Source: a virus | Lineage: Duplodnaviria; Heunggongvirae; Uroviricota; Caudoviricetes | Length of the DNA: 64,000 nt | IMG/VR virus record: IMGVR_UViG_3300017747_005082 | Span: 73,618 to 137,617 of that record | Strand: one strand, 5' to 3' | Part shown: positions 47,975 through 57,591 of the stretch, piece by piece | How positions within the stretch are numbered: the first letter of the stretch is position 1 | Layout of the letters: each line of letters opens with the position of its first letter | Position numbers and translations under genes: made by a program | Notes under the pieces: model-generated | Databases searched by the model: none | The model's input: only the letters and a program-made list of their open reading frames with translations | Told to the model about the DNA's origin: nothing

Positions 47975-48949
47975 TTAAAATATCTCAAATGGGTTTCTCC
48001 ATTTTGCAGGTGTTTTACCTTTTGGACATAATTTATCATCTTCTTTATAAGGACAAAACTGACAACTAGAAGGACTAATATGTTTTTTAAATGGATCCGT
48101 TTTTATTTTTCCAAATTGATCAAAGGCAGAATGAGCAAAATTTTCTAATAATGTAAAAGCTTTCTTAAGTTTTACTTTACCCGAAGCTGGAATAAATTCT
48201 TGTATTCTTTTTTCTGGGAAATCACCATCTTCCTTTATTTTTCTTTTTAATATCATAAATTTGATACTAATATTGTCAATAGGAAAGTTAAATTGTTCTG
48301 AAAATAATTTTTTATAAAGAACTAATTGTGATAATTTATTTTCATCTTTTTTGGATTTATCATACCAAGCTCTTGTGGATGATTTTAAATCTATAATTTC
48401 TACTGTATTAGTAGGTTCATGATATAAAACTAAGTCTAATGCTCCCTTATATAAAACATTAGGAAGAATATCATAAGATACAGGGATTTCACAACCAAGT
48501 AAAAACCAACCTTTTTTGGAAAAATATTCACCTCTTTTTCTTTTAAAATATCTTATTATTTCTAATCCATCAAGACAATATTCATCTAATTCTGCTGGGT
48601 TAGAAAAATGGATTTTGTTATTTTTATTATATTGGACTACATATTCTTGCTTTAATTTTAATTTAAATAAACTTTCTAAGTCTATTCTATCAGCTTCTGC
48701 TCCACTTTTTTCATAAAAAGTAGTTAAATAATGTTGTATTACTTCATGTAACACAATCCCAAATAATAAGTTTATATTATAATTAGGTATTTTATGGCCA
48801 TCTCGATAAGTTAATCCCCATCGAAACTCACAACCATTAAATATTGTCATTTGAGTATGACTTATAACTTTTTGTTTGGAAAAATCAATAAATGGTGGTT
48901 TGTAGGCTTTTACTTGTTTTACTAGGGCTGGTATTTTTTTCTTGGCCAT
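47975..48949 (-). CDS. PD-(D/E)xK nuclease, Cas4/RecB-like, with Cys cluster (324 aa)
   Basis: D...EIIDLKSS (D-x(n)-E-x-K) core; one N-terminal and three C-terminal Cys (CQFCPYKEDDKLC), as in Cas4/AddB Fe-S nucleases. Confidence 0.5.
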   Translation of the reverse strand: MAKKKIPALVKQVKAYKPPFIDFSKQKVISHTQMTIFNGCEFRWGLTYRDGHKIPNYNINLLFGIVLHEVIQHYLTTFYEKSGAEADRIDLESLFKLKLKQEYVVQYNKNNKIHFSNPAELDEYCLDGLEIIRYFKRKRGEYFSKKGWFLLGCEIPVSYDILPNVLYKGALDLVLYHEPTNTVEIIDLKSSTRAWYDKSKKDENKLSQLVLYKKLFSEQFNFPIDNISIKFMILKRKIKEDGDFPEKRIQEFIPASGKVKLKKAFTLLENFAHSAFDQFGKIKTDPFKKHISPSSCQFCPYKEDDKLCPKGKTPAKWRNPFEIF

Positions 48950-49170
48950 ATTTTAGCATCTTTCTTTTGGAAGAAAAGTTGGAATAGTATTATGAATTTT
49001 ATTTAGTTCATCTTGATGTTTACTATCTCCCATACTAGGATCTATTTCATGTTTAAAAACTAAATTTAAATGTTTTTTAATTAATTCTGTTTTTTTCCAA
49101 TCTATTTCTTTTGGATTTTCTAATTCAAAAAATCCTTGTAGCCAATATGCAAAATCTCTACTTGTCATAA

Positions 49171-49431
49171 TTAATATATTTGATAATTTTCTTTTTGTAC
49201 TACTACAAACCCTGTTTTTGGAGTATCACAATAATTTATAATGTCTCCATTTTCTTCATTACATTCTTTTAAAGATTCTTCAATATCTTCTATATCAATG
49301 ACCTTAGGTAAACCAGATTTAGCAAACCCTAATACTCTAGCAATTACAATTCCTTTTACATAAGGTGGATTATAAGCAATTAAATCACCTACTGAAGGAA
49401 TTTGATTCAACATATCTTTTCTTATATTCAT
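49171..49431 (-). CDS. YEIY-related small protein (...ENYQIY)
   Basis: Variant tail. Confidence 0.45.
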   Translation of the reverse strand: MNIRKDMLNQIPSVGDLIAYNPPYVKGIVIARVLGFAKSGLPKVIDIEDIEESLKECNEENGDIINYCDTPKTGFVVVQKENYQIY

Positions 49432-49857
49432 AATTTAAGAAATTTAAAATTAACTGAATTAAATAATTTTCCTGGAAATTCCTCTAACTCTATTGTACTA
49501 GAAAATTTATCCACTTTCATTATTTTTAATGTATAAGGTTTATTTATTTCTAAATGTTTTTTAATTTGTTCAGAATCTAATGAGTAACCGTTATTAATAG
49601 TTTTTTCTGTTACTATTACTCTAAATTTATTTTTTAGATATAACTCTTCATCCTCATTTAGTTTATATATTCCTGGGTATATATGAAGGTGTTGTAATTT
49701 ATAATAAATTCCTATTAATTTAGTAGATATTTCACATTCTTCATCTAATACAATTTCTAATGGGTTTCCTAGTTGAGGAGAAAAAACATCTTGTGTTGTT
49801 ATTCTATTATCTTCATCAAAAGGATCTTCCATAGAACCTATAATTATTGAAAATATT

Positions 49858-50289
49858 TTATTTTCCATTTAACATTGTTTTAATCTTTTTACTATCAACC
49901 CCCATTCTTTCTAAAATATATATAATATTTTCTTGCGATAGTAATTCTAAATTATCATATATTTCGCGTTTAGAAACGGTAAAAAAGCGAGATAAATTAT
50001 TAATCACATCATCCCCATAAACTTTTTTACTTGACTTGATATAACGTGAAAATTGCTTTCCTTTTGGTATTATTTTTAAATAAAAATTATATAAATACTT
50101 AGAGGGAACTTGGTAAGATTGAGCCTCATTTACATACTCAATATATCTAGAATTCATACTAATAATCCTATTTAATATATAAGCATTAAATGTTTTTTGT
50201 TCATCTTGTGAGAATTTTTCCCAAGGGGTTTTAAACTCTGTTAAATGTTTAAACCAATCAAATGGACTAAGATTTTTGTTTTTATTCAC
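49858..50289 (-). CDS. hypothetical protein (143 aa), possibly regulatory (helix-turn-helix-like C-terminus)
   Basis: FTVSKREIYDNLELLSQENIIYILERMGV resembles an HTH region; weak. Confidence 0.3.
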   Translation of the reverse strand: MNKNKNLSPFDWFKHLTEFKTPWEKFSQDEQKTFNAYILNRIISMNSRYIEYVNEAQSYQVPSKYLYNFYLKIIPKGKQFSRYIKSSKKVYGDDVINNLSRFFTVSKREIYDNLELLSQENIIYILERMGVDSKKIKTMLNGK

Positions 50290-50541
50290 ACTATATTATT
50301 TTTATTAAACTATTAATTATCAATATTATCTAATTTTTGTTTAATAATTTGTCTAACTTTTTCCCAATAATTAGTTCTATTACTCCATTCAGCATTTTGA
50401 CCTTTATTGGAAATATAAATAGCTTCATTAGCAACAATTAATGCACTTGATAAACAAAAATAATCTCTATCAAGTTCAAATTCAATAAATAATTTTTTAT
50501 ATTTATTAATTAAATATTCTGCTGTTTTTTCTGGTGTATAA

Positions 50542-50784
50542 TTACTTTTCGGCATCTTGTGATAATAATAATTCTTTTAATTCTGGCGGCAATCCTTCCT
50601 CACATATTTCTCCTGTTTCAGGATCATAAAATACATCAATAGGTATAACTGCATCTATAGGACCTCCTGTTAAAAATCTACTTGCTTTTCTTAAAATTAC
50701 TCCTGTTTGCCAAATTTTTCCTCCAGAAGGAGTTAAAATTGGAGTTGTTTTTCTAATATCAAGGTTTATTTGTGGTTTTTCCAT
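50542..50784 (-). CDS. small protein straight after the clamp loader (80 aa); possible clamp-loader accessory subunit
   Basis: Position only (start overlaps clamp-loader stop), analogous to T4 44-62. Confidence 0.25.
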   Translation of the reverse strand: MEKPQINLDIRKTTPILTPSGGKIWQTGVILRKASRFLTGGPIDAVIPIDVFYDPETGEICEEGLPPELKELLLSQDAEK

Positions 50785-51692
50785 TATTTATTATTTAAAA
50801 TTTTACTAATTAGTGCTATAAATTGTATTTCTCTATCAGGAGCAGTAACAGCTTTATATTGAGATTCAGCAATCATCCATGGTATTGTAATATTATCTGA
50901 ATATTCATCTAGTTTATCAAATAATAATCTATATAATTCAGAATATTCTTTTAAATCTAAATCTGCTACTATTTGTCTTATTTTATTAAAATCTTTTGGG
51001 TTTTTACCCTTTAATAATTTAATTATCTCTTCTCCTTCTTTTTCAATATTTTTAGAAGTATCTGTTATTATTAACTTACCTGTTTTGGAAAATGATTGTA
51101 ATTTAATTAAACATTGTCTAGTATCAGGGTATGTTAAATTCACTACTTTAGCTAGTTCAGTATTTTCAAATTTAATATTTTCTTGTTCTAAGATATATTT
51201 ACATTTAGCTGCTAATTCTGATTTTGTAGGAGGTTTTAATTCATATCGTTCTAATCTACTTTGAATAGGTTCTAACATCCTCTCAAAATAATTACAAGTA
51301 AATATAAAACGAGTAGTACTACTAAAAGTCTCAATAATATTTCTTAAAGCAGATTGTGCTGCTGGTGTTAAAAAATCTGCTTCATCTAATACTATGATTT
51401 TCAAAGTCATAAAACTAGCTGTAGAAGCAAATGATTTAACTTTTTCTCTAATAGTATCAATTCCATTTTCATCAGAAGCATTTATATAAAGACTATCACA
51501 GGGAATAGAAGAAGTAATTACTTTCGCTGCAGTTGTTTTCCCTGATCCTGCTCTACCACTTAATATAATATTAGGAATAGAACCTTCTTCAATCCATTTT
51601 TGTAAATCTGCTCTAAATAATGGGTTTCCTATATATCCCTCGAGACTTGTTGGAGAGTATTTTGCCCAATATAAATTATGTTCGTTATTCAT
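50784..51692 (-). CDS. clamp-loader AAA+ ATPase (RFC small-subunit / T4 gp44-like, 302 aa)
   Basis: Walker [10 protein letters not shown], Walker [12 protein letters not shown]-type QSRLERY motif. Confidence 0.75.
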   Translation of the reverse strand: MNNEHNLYWAKYSPTSLEGYIGNPLFRADLQKWIEEGSIPNIILSGRAGSGKTTAAKVITSSIPCDSLYINASDENGIDTIREKVKSFASTASFMTLKIIVLDEADFLTPAAQSALRNIIETFSSTTRFIFTCNYFERMLEPIQSRLERYELKPPTKSELAAKCKYILEQENIKFENTELAKVVNLTYPDTRQCLIKLQSFSKTGKLIITDTSKNIEKEGEEIIKLLKGKNPKDFNKIRQIVADLDLKEYSELYRLLFDKLDEYSDNITIPWMIAESQYKAVTAPDREIQFIALISKILNNK

Positions 51693-52086
51693 TTCCTTTT
51701 ATAATTTCAATTAATTTTTCTAGACAAGCTTGTCTTGCTTCTTCATAAATTTGTTTAGTTTTTCCTAAATCATCATTATCAACAAGTATATTAGAATTTT
51801 TTTCACTTCCACATATAGTATAAAAATAATAATCAAAATTATCACCTATATAATCTTTTCGTTCTATATTAGAATCTATTAATTTATTTTTTCTAAACCA
51901 ATCAAAGGCCTGTTGCCATAGTGGTGCTAATATCCAATAAATTTCTTTTTCAGGCTGTTTTTTAAACTCCCCAAATATTTTGATAATTTCTTTAGTTTTA
52001 GTATGATAAGTGGACAAACAAGGTTCATCAAAACCTAAATTTTTAAGTTCTAGTGCTAATTCATAAGGTATAAATTGTTCTTTCAT
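51685..52086 (-). CDS. MKEQ mosaic-family protein, copy 3 (133 aa)
   Basis: Paralog of 21011..21463 with near-identical DNA patches. Confidence 0.6.
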   Translation of the reverse strand: MKEQFIPYELALELKNLGFDEPCLSTYHTKTKEIIKIFGEFKKQPEKEIYWILAPLWQQAFDWFRKNKLIDSNIERKDYIGDNFDYYFYTICGSEKNSNILVDNDDLGKTKQIYEEARQACLEKLIEIIKGNE

Positions 52087-52283
52087 ATAAAATTATTATA
52101 TATTTCTTCAATATACCAACCAAAATTATTTTTACTACATATTACTATTTGATAAGGAGGAAGATATTTTTTGTTATTTATAGCTTTTTTTGCTTCTTCA
52201 ATTGAAGAAAAAACTTTATCATTAATAAATAACTTTTTTAAAATACAATTCCCTTTATCAAAATAATATACTTTATATTTCAT
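52083..52283 (-). CDS. hypothetical small protein (66 aa)
   Basis: ORF track; hairpin 52301-52318 and AT-rich motif variant upstream. Confidence 0.45.
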   Translation of the reverse strand: MKYKVYYFDKGNCILKKLFINDKVFSSIEEAKKAINNKKYLPPYQIVICSKNNFGWYIEEIYNNFI

Positions 52284-52287
52284 AATT

Positions 52288-52318
52288 AGTAATATATAAA
52301 AGGCCTTTTACAAGGCCT
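52288..52318 (-). promoter_or_regulatory. hairpin AGGCCTTTTACAAGGCCT with an AT-rich motif variant, upstream of 52083..52283
   Basis: Same GGCCT...AGGCC hairpin type placed after the groEL stop; motif degenerate (agtaatatataaa). Confidence 0.4.
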
Positions 52319-52323
52319 AATAT

Positions 52324-53949
52324 TTAATATAATGAAGGTTGTTCTTTTTGTTCTTCTCTTTTTTCAATAACTAAATTATTTGTTGTTAAAATAGTTCCAG
52401 CTACTGAAGAAGCATTTAGTAATGCATATCTAGTTACTTTTACAGGATCTAAAATACCTTTAGTTCTCATATTAACAATAGATTCAGAAACTAAATCATA
52501 TCCATTCCAAATATCAGGTTTTTTAGTTAAATCAGATATTAATTTTTTAATATCTTCACTATCATAACCAGCATTTTCAAGAATTCTAGTAAATGGAGCA
52601 GAACAAGCATCATATACAATTTGCTGTCCTAATTTAATATCTTTATCTATTTCATTAAAAATGATTCCTTCTCTAGCATATAATAAAGCAGAACCTCCTC
52701 CAGGTAATACTCCTTCTTCTATGGCAGCACGAGTAGCATGTAATGCATCATCTACCCTATCTTTTTTCTCTTCAATTTCTACTTCAGAATTACCCCCAAT
52801 AGAAACTACAGCAACTCCTCCTACCATTCTTCCTAAACGTTCTTGAAGTTTTTCTTTCTCGAATGGAGATGATGCTTTATCAATTTGAGTTTTAATTTCC
52901 TCAGTTCTCTTTTCTATTTCTGCTGGTTCACATTCTCCATCTACTATTGTAGTATTTTCTTTAGTAATAGTTACAGTACGAGCATTACCTAAATATTTAT
53001 TCCATTCATTTGGATTTATTTTATCCAATTTCATTCCTTTTTCAGTAGATATAACTTGTCCTCCTGTTATAATTGCTAAATCTTCTAACATAGATAATCT
53101 TCTATCTCCAAAATCAGGAGCTTTGACAGCAACTGAATCAACAACTCCTCTAACTTTATTTACAATTAAAGTTGATAAAGCTTCTCCGTCAATATCCTCA
53201 GCAATAACTAATAATGATCTTTGTTCAATATTAGCTTTATTCATAACTCCAACTAAATCTTGGGCTGATGTTATTCTTCCACTATATATAAGAATTAATG
53301 GTTTTTCTAAAGTAGCTTGCATTGTATTGTTATCAGTAACAAAATATGGAGATTTATAACCTCTGTCAAACTGCATTCCTTCTACAACATCTAAACTGGT
53401 TTCTCCAAATTTAGATTTTTCAACCGAAATTATACCTTCTCTACCTACTTTATCTATAGCTGTAGAAATTAATGTTCCGATTTCAGGATCATTATTACCA
53501 GATATAGTTGCTACTTCTTGGATTTGGGAATTTTCTGTTATATCTGCTTTATTTTCTTTCAGTTTTTCAATAACTTGTTTAACAGCTAAATCAATACCTT
53601 TCTTAACAGAAACAGAATTAGATCCTTTTTCCATAACTTTGAAACCTTCTTTTATAATACTAGTAGCTAGTAATGTTGATGTCGTAGTACCATCACCTGC
53701 TTTATTATTAGTATCTTCCGATACTTTTTTAACAAGTTGTGCACCCATATCTTCAATTTGATCTTCCAATTCAATAAAACCTTTCGCTACAGAAACACCA
53801 TCCTTAGTAGTTTTAATTTTACCATATTGGTCTTTAAGCAGAACTGTTCTTCCATAGGGACCTAATGTATCAGATACTGCATTATTTAATTTCTCTATTC
53901 CTCTTAATAAACCGGCTTGTAATTTTTCTCCGTTTTCTGTTTGTGTCAT
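52324..53949 (-). CDS. groEL: chaperonin GroEL / Cpn60 (541 aa)
   Basis: Collinear GroEL blocks: TKDGVSVAK, AGDGTTTSTLLA, VVEGMQFDRGY.SPYF, AVKAPDFGDRR, GGVAVVSIGG, DALHATRAAIEEGV.PGGG, GILDPVKVTR. Confidence 0.9.
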   Translation of the reverse strand: MTQTENGEKLQAGLLRGIEKLNNAVSDTLGPYGRTVLLKDQYGKIKTTKDGVSVAKGFIELEDQIEDMGAQLVKKVSEDTNNKAGDGTTTSTLLATSIIKEGFKVMEKGSNSVSVKKGIDLAVKQVIEKLKENKADITENSQIQEVATISGNNDPEIGTLISTAIDKVGREGIISVEKSKFGETSLDVVEGMQFDRGYKSPYFVTDNNTMQATLEKPLILIYSGRITSAQDLVGVMNKANIEQRSLLVIAEDIDGEALSTLIVNKVRGVVDSVAVKAPDFGDRRLSMLEDLAIITGGQVISTEKGMKLDKINPNEWNKYLGNARTVTITKENTTIVDGECEPAEIEKRTEEIKTQIDKASSPFEKEKLQERLGRMVGGVAVVSIGGNSEVEIEEKKDRVDDALHATRAAIEEGVLPGGGSALLYAREGIIFNEIDKDIKLGQQIVYDACSAPFTRILENAGYDSEDIKKLISDLTKKPDIWNGYDLVSESIVNMRTKGILDPVKVTRYALLNASSVAGTILTTNNLVIEKREEQKEQPSLY

Positions 53950-53964
53950 ATATCTTTTTAATTA

Positions 53965-54258
53965 TTATTTAATAGCAGCTAATAAATCAGAAATAGAAGC
54001 TACAAAATAGTCTACTCTATCTAATGTCACTTTTTGTGCTCCCATTGATGGGAAAACTACAATATCTCCTTCATTAAACATGCAAGGAACTATAGTTCCT
54101 GTATTATAATTGTATATTGGAGCTAATTTAATAATCTCAGCTTGAGAAGCTCTTGTATTTTCTATATCAGGAATAATTATATTTCCCTGAAATTGTTCTC
54201 CTTCTTCAATAGGTTTTAAAATAGCTTGTCCATAATTAGGGACTAATTGTTTACTCAT
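53965..54258 (-). CDS. groES: co-chaperonin GroES/Cpn10-like (97 aa)
   Basis: GroES length and pattern (L.P..D..I.K...E......G.I.......), C-terminal EGDIVVF...VTLD....F; directly downstream of... upstream of groEL in transcript order. Confidence 0.65.
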   Translation of the reverse strand: MSKQLVPNYGQAILKPIEEGEQFQGNIIIPDIENTRASQAEIIKLAPIYNYNTGTIVPCMFNEGDIVVFPSMGAQKVTLDRVDYFVASISDLLAAIK

Positions 54259-54554
54259 AAAAATTGTTGGTTTAATGTATTTACTATTAATTTATATTCA
54301 TCTATATATTCTTTTAATGAAAATGTCTTATATTTTTCATTAGTTTGTAATTTAGCTATTTTACCTAAAGCTCCTCCTAAAGTTGTAAAATATCCCATAT
54401 TCTTTTCCTTTGCAACAGATGAAGTTTGAGAAACTTCAAAAATATTATCTTTTATAACAATATGATATTTCCCTAATAATGGATCTTTTATATATGTTAT
54501 ATTATCAGTTCCTTTAGGTCTACCTGCTCCAAATGGTTTTTTTGCTGTCTCCAT
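54255..54554 (-). CDS. hypothetical protein with AT-hook-like PFGAGRPKG (99 aa)
   Basis: GRPKG core. Confidence 0.35.
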   Translation of the reverse strand: METAKKPFGAGRPKGTDNITYIKDPLLGKYHIVIKDNIFEVSQTSSVAKEKNMGYFTTLGGALGKIAKLQTNEKYKTFSLKEYIDEYKLIVNTLNQQFL

Positions 54555-54653
54555 AATCTTTATTTATATATTATTTTTCTGTTTAAGTTTTAAATTTACC
54601 TCCATAACTTTAGTTTTTATTTCTCTTTATAAATCTATTATAGAGATAATAGT

Positions 54654-55379
54654 TTATATATTCTTATTTGGGACTAAGTAGTATTGGACATTAATATCAT
54701 CTTCTTTAGTAATTAAGGAAACTATCCCCATAGAATATACTATCATTTCACATTCTGAATTTTTTGAATTAGATAAGATTTCTCTAAAATTAGATACTCT
54801 ATAAGTAAATTTTTCTAATTCACTATAAGTTTCTACAGGTTGAGAAAATGTAATTTTATTTGCGTATCTTTCATTTAAACCAATTGTAAATTTTAGGTTT
54901 TTTGATTTAGTTTTGTCTATTTCGGATTTTATTGTAAACGTTTCAACTTTTTCTAAAGCATTATGAGCTTTAATAAAACGATTTATGAATTCTGTATCTA
55001 ATGTAAGTTTTATTGAAGGAGGGGGCATGGAATTTTGCAATTTTCCTTCAGAAATTAATCCTAAATCACCTAAATTATAAGATAAATCATATTGATTATC
55101 TTTTATTTCAAGTCTTAAAGCAGTTTCTCCAGCTTTTTCAACTGTTAATTGAATAGGATCATTAGTAATATTTACTAATTTATATAATTGGGTAGTATCA
55201 TAAATACCTAACTCTACATCTTCCATATCCATAGGAGCACTTAATTCTCCAATACAGTCTTTTAAAGCTGTAGCAAAATTAATAGTTAATTGATTATCTT
55301 TTATTTTAAATTTAACTTGCTCTGTTAAACCTCCCAAGTAATATTTCTCAATTACTTTTACTAAATCTTTTTTATTCAT
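54654..55379 (-). CDS. candidate sliding clamp (gp45-like, 241 aa)
   Basis: Size, acidic two-subdomain character and position between polymerase and chaperonin/clamp-loader genes; no motif seen. Confidence 0.35.
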   Translation of the reverse strand: MNKKDLVKVIEKYYLGGLTEQVKFKIKDNQLTINFATALKDCIGELSAPMDMEDVELGIYDTTQLYKLVNITNDPIQLTVEKAGETALRLEIKDNQYDLSYNLGDLGLISEGKLQNSMPPPSIKLTLDTEFINRFIKAHNALEKVETFTIKSEIDKTKSKNLKFTIGLNERYANKITFSQPVETYSELEKFTYRVSNFREILSNSKNSECEMIVYSMGIVSLITKEDDINVQYYLVPNKNI

Positions 55380-55617
55380 TTAAATATTCTTTCTATTATC
55401 TAATTCTAATAAAAGTTTTTCTGCTATTTTATGAAGTTCAGGATATTCATCTTCATTATAATCTTCTAGATAAGTATATATATAATCCTCAGTATCTTCC
55501 GCATAAAACATAGGAGTATTATATATATCATATAACTTTTTTATCTCAGGGGATAATTTCATAATCTTTTTTATTTATATTAATATACATTAATTTATTA
55601 AAATATCCAAATTTTAT

Positions 55618-56523
55618 TTAAGAGAAATTAAAATAATCAGTTATATAAGAATTAAATACAACAGAACCATATTTTAAATCTTCATAAATTTTTTCTATCT
55701 TTTTTTGGAGTACTGTTTCAAATAATTTATTTTTATCAATATATTCTTCTACTAAATCTACTATTTCTGGGGGATCATCATATCCTTTAAATGCTATCAT
55801 ATCTAACATATATGGATTTTTCTTTAAATAAGCTAAATATATTTTATCTCCTAATTGGATTTGGGAATATTGTTTATCCCAACCTTTAAATTTTAATATA
55901 TCATTATATTTAATGGAACCTTTTGTATTGGGTGGTGCTTTCTTTTGTAAAGTTGAAAACATTTTTCCTGGGGGTGGTGGAGAAGCAATATATTCTTGTA
56001 TTTTTTTAATACCTGTAGGTTTACATAATTTCCTCCAATTTACTTCATTTATTGAATCTCTAAAATCAATAATAAATTTATCTACTTCTGTTTTAGAAGT
56101 AGCAAATAATATTTTTTTAATTAATTCTTCTCCAAAACCTCTAAAATGTGGAGGGAAATTAGATTTCATAATATCTAATCCCATTACTACAAGTTTTTCT
56201 ATGGGAATACCTTCTTTATCAACTTGCCATTGAGCATATCTTCTTTTTCCTGACCAATAAGCAGATTGAAGAATAAATTCAGGTTTTAAATCGAAATAAT
56301 GTTCATCACAATTTAAAATATTTTTAGCAAGTATAGTTTGTTGTTTATTTAATACTGCCCCTACATCTTTTTGTAATGTTTTAACCTTAGGTAATACTTC
56401 TTCTTTATCAGTTAAATCTAAAGTAGGATAAAGTTTAGTTAATACAGGTTCAAAACAAATAAAACATGAATCTGTATCACTAGCAGCAATATGTTTATTT
56501 ATTTTATGGACATCAAAATTCAT
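55618..56523 (-). CDS. family-B DNA polymerase, C-terminal fragment (palm motif C + thumb, 301 aa)
   Basis: HIAASDTDSCFICF contains motif C (DTDS); lies downstream of the N-terminal fragment. Confidence 0.75.
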   Translation of the reverse strand: MNFDVHKINKHIAASDTDSCFICFEPVLTKLYPTLDLTDKEEVLPKVKTLQKDVGAVLNKQQTILAKNILNCDEHYFDLKPEFILQSAYWSGKRRYAQWQVDKEGIPIEKLVVMGLDIMKSNFPPHFRGFGEELIKKILFATSKTEVDKFIIDFRDSINEVNWRKLCKPTGIKKIQEYIASPPPPGKMFSTLQKKAPPNTKGSIKYNDILKFKGWDKQYSQIQLGDKIYLAYLKKNPYMLDMIAFKGYDDPPEIVDLVEEYIDKNKLFETVLQKKIEKIYEDLKYGSVVFNSYITDYFNFS

Positions 56524-56533
56524 ACTTTTATTT

Positions 56534-56923
56534 TTATATAATTTTTAATGCTTCTAATAGTCCTGTTTCCAATGCTTCTTCGTAGGTTTTATAATAATTT
56601 TGTAAATCATATTCTTGAAAATTATTATGTTTATCAAGATATACCATTATTATAAAATAATTTGTTTTAGATGGTGAAATTAATATATTAATATTATGAA
56701 CTTCTCTTATCCATTTTTGAAGTAATGATTGTGTTGGAGCATTATAACAATCTTTTAATCTAAAAGCTGATGAAAAAATAGCTTTTTCTAAACTAAATAA
56801 ATTACCTTCAGGACTATAAACGTTTTGTTGAGATATTCTTATTTCTCCATTAGATGTTTTATCAAAAAACTCTTTTTCTTTAGCTAACTTGGCTGTTTCG
56901 AATGATATTAGTTGTTCTTTCAT
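56534..56923 (-). CDS. MKEQ mosaic-family protein, copy 4 (129 aa), inserted within the split polymerase gene
   Basis: Paralog of 902..1468: first ~50 nt and the PTQSLLQKW region near-identical at DNA level. Confidence 0.6.
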   Translation of the reverse strand: MKEQLISFETAKLAKEKEFFDKTSNGEIRISQQNVYSPEGNLFSLEKAIFSSAFRLKDCYNAPTQSLLQKWIREVHNINILISPSKTNYFIIMVYLDKHNNFQEYDLQNYYKTYEEALETGLLEALKII

Positions 56924-56931
56924 ATTAATTG

Positions 56932-57588
56932 TTATTTAACGTAATCTTTATAAGCAATAAAATCATTATCTTCATCTCCTTTATCTTCATCATCCATAAG
57001 ACCTAAGTCTTTTAAATGTTCCTTCATATAAGGATCTAAATCCCAAGTAACTTCATTGGTTTTCGAAGTATCAACATGAGATTCTATATCTTGGATTTGT
57101 CTTTTAGTAAATACATCTCCTACAGTTAAATAATAACAATTATAACAAATTAATTCTAAATTAGGTTGTCTCCAATTTTTTCTATTTCCATCTTTAAAGT
57201 TAATTAATAATGGTACTTTATAATCAAGAACTCTTGCCTCATCAAAACCACAACGATTGCATCTTTCAAAGAATATTAAATCTCTAATTAAAGCAGTTTT
57301 GAATTTTTCGATATCATAATTATCGATAGTGGTAATTTCTCCTTTTAAAATCATTTGAAGATCACCTCCTTTTCCTTTATTATTATAAAATTTAGGAACA
57401 CCTTTACCACTTTGGTTCTTATGTTTTTCCCATAATGTTTTTCCTGTTTCTTTATCTATATATAATTTGGCATATTTTCTATATGTCCAAAAACTTACAT
57501 TAAGATATTTAGCAGCTGCTATATTTGATTTAGTAACAGCCATAGCTCTTAAAATATCTTGTTCTGTTCTAATTTTCGCTGCAGGCAT
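56932..57588 (-). CDS. HNH-like homing endonuclease inserted in the DNA polymerase gene (218 aa)
   Basis: N-terminal HTH-like segment (AAKYLNVSFWTYRKYAKLY); C-terminal C-x2-C ... INFKDGNRKNWRQPNLELIC-x2-C zinc-finger/HNH-like core (the His is not canonical); ATG overlaps the upstream stop. Confidence 0.5.
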   Translation of the reverse strand: MPAAKIRTEQDILRAMAVTKSNIAAAKYLNVSFWTYRKYAKLYIDKETGKTLWEKHKNQSGKGVPKFYNNKGKGGDLQMILKGEITTIDNYDIEKFKTALIRDLIFFERCNRCGFDEARVLDYKVPLLINFKDGNRKNWRQPNLELICYNCYYLTVGDVFTKRQIQDIESHVDTSKTNEVTWDLDPYMKEHLKDLGLMDDEDKGDEDNDFIAYKDYVK

Positions 57589-57591
57589 AAT

